A DNA stretch of 64,000 nucleotides from Treponemataceae bacterium (GTDB taxonomy: Bacteria; Spirochaetota; Spirochaetia; Treponematales; Rectinemataceae). Shown one piece after another: positions 60,647-64,000 of this stretch. The position numbers and the translations under genes are program-made. The notes below the pieces were generated by a model. It saw only the letters and a list, made by a program, of their open reading frames with translations, searched no databases and had not been told where the DNA came from. The stretch is taken from assembly GCA_963677895.2 (NCBI GenBank), contig CAXXGJ010000006.1, forward strand, positions 32,001-96,000, given 5' to 3'. Positions within the stretch are counted from its first letter, which is position 1; each line of letters begins with the position of its first letter.

Positions 60647-61637
60647 TATTTTCGTTTTCCTTGAATACTTTAACATCGACGGGTGTTTCTCTGTCTTCCT
60701 GGAGGGTCCCTGTTCTTATAGCCTGCAAAGCACACTCTATCCCCTCGACGACAATCTTATCGGGATATTGTTCAGCAGTAGCAATTATCCGTTTCTCCTT
60801 GAGAATTTCGTTGACGGCCGTTATATTGTCGAATCCCACGATTTCAACGTTTTTTGCTACTTTACCGAGGGCTTTTATAGCGGCGAGCGCCCCAAGCGCC
60901 ATTGTATCATTGGCGCACGCAATTCCCCGTATATTAGGGTATTTTCTGAAAATGGCAGTGGTCGCAGTGTTGGCCTTTGTGATATCCCAGTCGCAGGGCT
61001 TAATCTCGACGATATTCATCCCGTAGTCTAGAAAAGCCTCTACAAAACCTTCCACCCGCTCTTTTGAATTGAAAGCTGTCGGAATACCTTCAAGGATCGC
61101 AACCTCTGAGCCTTTTTCAATTTTTTCAGCGAGCTTTGTGGCTACTTGCATAGCCGCGTAGCGGTTGTTAGGTCCGACAAAAGTGATAGAATGTTTTTTT
61201 TCTTTTAGTATTTCGGAATCCAACTGGTTATCTATATTTATTATAACTATCCCTTTTTCGATGGCTTTCGTGCATATCGGTATCAAGGCTTTCGAATCGG
61301 CTGGCGCTATAACTATAGCGTCAACGTTTTTCGCTATCATATTTTCAACAATATGAATCTGCCCTGAAATATCATTTTCATTCTTTATGCCGTTTACGAT
61401 CAAGCCATAGTCATCATGATGTTCGCGTTGATGTGCGGTAGCGCTCTGCCTCATGGTGATGAAGAAATCATTAGCCAACGATTTCATCACGATTGCAATA
61501 GTTGGTTTGTTTTCATTGTTGTTCTTTTCTGCTATATCACAACACAATAACAGGAAAATGGTGACTGCTATAACGATGACAAAGCGAGACAGCTTGTGCC
61601 CTTGTAGCATTCTTGTAGTATATTTTTTTCCCATCAT
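60636..61637 (-). CDS. Sugar ABC substrate-binding protein (RbsB-like), probable lipoprotein
   Basis: MKSLANDFF, DAIVIAPADS, FVGPNN, CANDTMALGA, VGFDN; N-terminal hydrophobic stretch ending LLCC. Confidence 0.9.
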   Translation of the reverse strand: MMGKKYTTRMLQGHKLSRFVIVIAVTIFLLLCCDIAEKNNNENKPTIAIVMKSLANDFFITMRQSATAHQREHHDDYGLIVNGIKNENDISGQIHIVENMIAKNVDAIVIAPADSKALIPICTKAIEKGIVIINIDNQLDSEILKEKKHSITFVGPNNRYAAMQVATKLAEKIEKGSEVAILEGIPTAFNSKERVEGFVEAFLDYGMNIVEIKPCDWDITKANTATTAIFRKYPNIRGIACANDTMALGALAAIKALGKVAKNVEIVGFDNITAVNEILKEKRIIATAEQYPDKIVVEGIECALQAIRTGTLQEDRETPVDVKVFKENENNEH

Positions 61638-63511
61638 GACATTTTCTCTTCAGAGATATCCGAAGTTTTCTGATTTCCCGATATGTTACCATGCATATGT
61701 CTCAATAGAGGCAACTTTATGACCATGATAGTCCCCTCCTTTCCGGATTCGCATTCAATGATCCCTTGATGCGCTTCGATGATATGCTGGCAAATAGATA
61801 AGCCTAATCCGCTGTTGTTCCTGCTGTTTTTCGTACTAAAAAATGGATCAAATATCTTGTCTATTATCTCCACAGGAATACCTGGCCCATTATCCTTGAT
61901 CGCAATTTCCGCAATGTTCTTATCGAACACCGTCGACAATCGTATTTCTATTATGCCTTTGCTTAAGAATGATTCCATGCTGTTCTTTATTAGGTTAAGG
62001 AACACTTGTTTTAACCTGTTTTCATCACCGTTTATAAGTATTGCCTCTGTTGGACGATTCCATATTATTTCGATATCGTTCTTCATAAGAATGTTCTTCA
62101 TGAAAGACAGAAGGCTTTCAATCGTATCAGCCACATTAACTTCTTTATACGGGGTACTTTTTATTTTTGTAAAAGAAAGGAGATCCTTTATAATCTCCGA
62201 CACTCTGTTCAATTCATTTCGCACCTTGTTTATCTTAATACGGTTATCTTCATCGCTAACATGTCTATCCAGCAATTCCAGATAATTGATGCATATCCCT
62301 ATAGGGTTGTTTATCTCGTGGGCAACACTCGCAGCCAGTTCAGCCACCGAGGCAATCTTCTCCGTCCTAATGAGATAATCATTAAATAGTCTTTCCCTTG
62401 TGATATCCTCCATTATGATGATTGTTCCCCAGAAGGTTAACTCCCCGTCATTGAAAGGGTACGAAGCGATTCGATATACAATGCCTTTGTTGTTTGAGAC
62501 TTCTCTCCAGAATCCTTCCTTCTTTTTTTTGATATTTTCTATGATCTCCACCGCGATAGGCATCGATTCGGTATTGAATACTTCATCGACTGCTATATCA
62601 TGTACTTCTTTTTCTTCCTTTCCGAGCATCTTTAAGGCAGGATTATTTATTATATAGGTATTGCCTATAGCATCTAAAACAATAACTCCTAGAGGTATAT
62701 TCTTGATGACTGTTTCGTTGTACTTCTTAAGATAAAGGAGTTCTCGATTATTCTGGTTGAGTTCATCCCTCGTTAAGACGAATGAATACGTCATTTTGAT
62801 GAGCTTGCCGCGATCTAGATTTTCGATGTCCTCTGTTCCTGAGATGCGGCCTTTATTCATGATGGTCACACGGTCAGATATTGCGAATATTTCATCAAAG
62901 TTGTGAGAAATATAGATTGCCGATTTATTCTTCTGTTTGCATTCCGATAATATGCGATAAACCGTCTCCATCTCGACTGGAGTCAGTTTATTGGAAATTT
63001 CATCGAATATTATGATATCAGGATTAATTGATATAGCTTTCATGAGCTCAACCATGAGTTGTTTGTCCTCTGGTAAAGCCCCTAGAGGCATACGAATATC
63101 TATATCAATTCCGAAGTGCCGAAAAAGCTTTTCTGTTTCCTGCTCCATCCTCGATCGTGCCAACATTCCTAAAAAATTGAAACTCATCCTTCCAGAATTG
63201 ATATATTCAGTGGCGTTTAGCGTCGGTACTATGTTTGTATTTTGATAGACTGTAGCGATTCCCATCTCTAATGCCAATCGCGGGGTCAGATTTTCGTATA
63301 TCTTGCCTTTTATAAATATTTCACCTTTTGTCTTTTTTATCGCTCCGCTAATTATCTTTATCAATGTTGATTTGCCTGCCCGGTGTTCCCCTACCAAGGC
63401 ATGGGCTTCCCCGCGTTTCAATGAAAAATTGATACCTTTGATGACTTCTATACCATTATACTCCGCATGAATATCGCGCATTACGATCAATAATTCTTCG
63501 GGATCACACAT
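61634..63511 (-). CDS. Fusion of RbsA-type ABC ATPase domain, PAS domain and histidine kinase (HisKA/HATPase_c)
   Basis: Walker A GEHRAGKST, Q-loop VYQ, Walker B IIIFDE, H-loop ISHN; PAS (IKNIPLGVIVLD...MEDIT); H-box AHEINNP, N-box QVFLNLIKNS, DNGPGIP, FDPFFSTK, GLGLSIC. Confidence 0.9.
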   Translation of the reverse strand: MCDPEELLIVMRDIHAEYNGIEVIKGINFSLKRGEAHALVGEHRAGKSTLIKIISGAIKKTKGEIFIKGKIYENLTPRLALEMGIATVYQNTNIVPTLNATEYINSGRMSFNFLGMLARSRMEQETEKLFRHFGIDIDIRMPLGALPEDKQLMVELMKAISINPDIIIFDEISNKLTPVEMETVYRILSECKQKNKSAIYISHNFDEIFAISDRVTIMNKGRISGTEDIENLDRGKLIKMTYSFVLTRDELNQNNRELLYLKKYNETVIKNIPLGVIVLDAIGNTYIINNPALKMLGKEEKEVHDIAVDEVFNTESMPIAVEIIENIKKKKEGFWREVSNNKGIVYRIASYPFNDGELTFWGTIIIMEDITRERLFNDYLIRTEKIASVAELAASVAHEINNPIGICINYLELLDRHVSDEDNRIKINKVRNELNRVSEIIKDLLSFTKIKSTPYKEVNVADTIESLLSFMKNILMKNDIEIIWNRPTEAILINGDENRLKQVFLNLIKNSMESFLSKGIIEIRLSTVFDKNIAEIAIKDNGPGIPVEIIDKIFDPFFSTKNSRNNSGLGLSICQHIIEAHQGIIECESGKEGTIMVIKLPLLRHMHGNISGNQKTSDISEEKMS

Positions 63512-63517
63512 TGAAAC

Positions 63518-64000
63518 TCACATGCTTAATCGTTTCATTCGGTTGTAAAGCGTTTTTCTAGTCACGTTCAATATTTCTGCTGCTTTAATCTTTACACCTC
63601 CGCTTTTTGATAATGCATCGAGTATCATCTCTCTATTGATTTCATCAATTGCGTCGCTATATTCATCGTGATCGATATCGTTGATCTGAAGATACTGCGA
63701 TGGAAGATCCAATAAACCTATAACAGGACCATCAGAAAAAATGACTGCACGTTCTACGCAATTCTTCAATTCGCGTATGTTTCCCGGCCAGTTATGGTGC
63801 GCAAACAAATTATAGACTTCATCGCTTGCGCCGATAATATTTCTATGATGAAGTGATGAAAATTCCTCGATAAAATGATCCGTGAGAAGACGTACATCGC
63901 CAGGGCGATCTTTAAGTGGTGGTAGATCAAAGTTTATCACCGATAGTCGATAATACAAATCTTCCCTAAAGAGACTTTCTTTGATCATCTGGACTAAGTT
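63518..64000 (-). CDS. Sigma-54-dependent (NtrC/Fis-type) activator, C-terminal part (5' end outside window)
   Basis: FREDLYYRL, LPPLKDRPGD, WPGNIRELKN, Fis-type HTH AAEILNVTRKTLYNRM. Confidence 0.9.
   Translation of the reverse strand, partial: NLVQMIKESLFREDLYYRLSVINFDLPPLKDRPGDVRLLTDHFIEEFSSLHHRNIIGASDEVYNLFAHHNWPGNIRELKNCVERAVIFSDGPVIGLLDLPSQYLQINDIDHDEYSDAIDEINREMILDALSKSGGVKIKAAEILNVTRKTLYNRMKRLSM

Noticed and set aside
1..64000. CRISPR array, tRNA or rRNA genes
   Set aside because: No regularly spaced short repeats or recognisable structural RNA genes seen; repeats are IS copies or coding SLBB units.

Overview
Bacterial chromosome segment with a GC-rich host backbone; gene style suggests a spirochaete (inference only). 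Most of the window (about 5.8-57.7 kb, minus strand) is a large Wzx/Wzy surface-polysaccharide locus. Its GC-rich native arms encode a Wzi-like outer-membrane protein, an EPS-type wHTH regulator, WecA, Wzz, a 2457-aa multi-SLBB export protein, RfbB, a PglC/F/E-like trio, Uge and Ugd. These arms enclose an AT-rich, Firmicutes-like cassette (about 25.3-51.9 kb) with gtp2/gtp3/wchX-like glycerol-phosphate genes, wzx, wzy, GDP-sugar genes, dTDP-3-amino-sugar genes and glycosyltransferases. The locus carries many IS elements: 2x IS3, 3x dead IS5-like, IS200, IS66, IS30 and IS3 relics, and IS110. Two AbiE-type toxin-antitoxin modules bracket it. Best leads: (1) at the right end, an RbsA-type ABC ATPase fused to a PAS-histidine kinase, in an operon with a sugar-binding protein, a permease and a sigma-54 activator, possibly an ABC importer repurposed as a sensor; (2) an IS110 element whose non-coding end contains a readable bridge/seek-RNA target loop matching its own insertion site; (3) a plant-type galacturonokinase plus nucleotidyltransferase beside uge/ugd; (4) a giant export protein with a 4x three-domain super-repeat; (5) an IS5-like element copied after acquiring several amber stops and a frameshift. 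All family assignments come from motif reading and recall; no searches were run.
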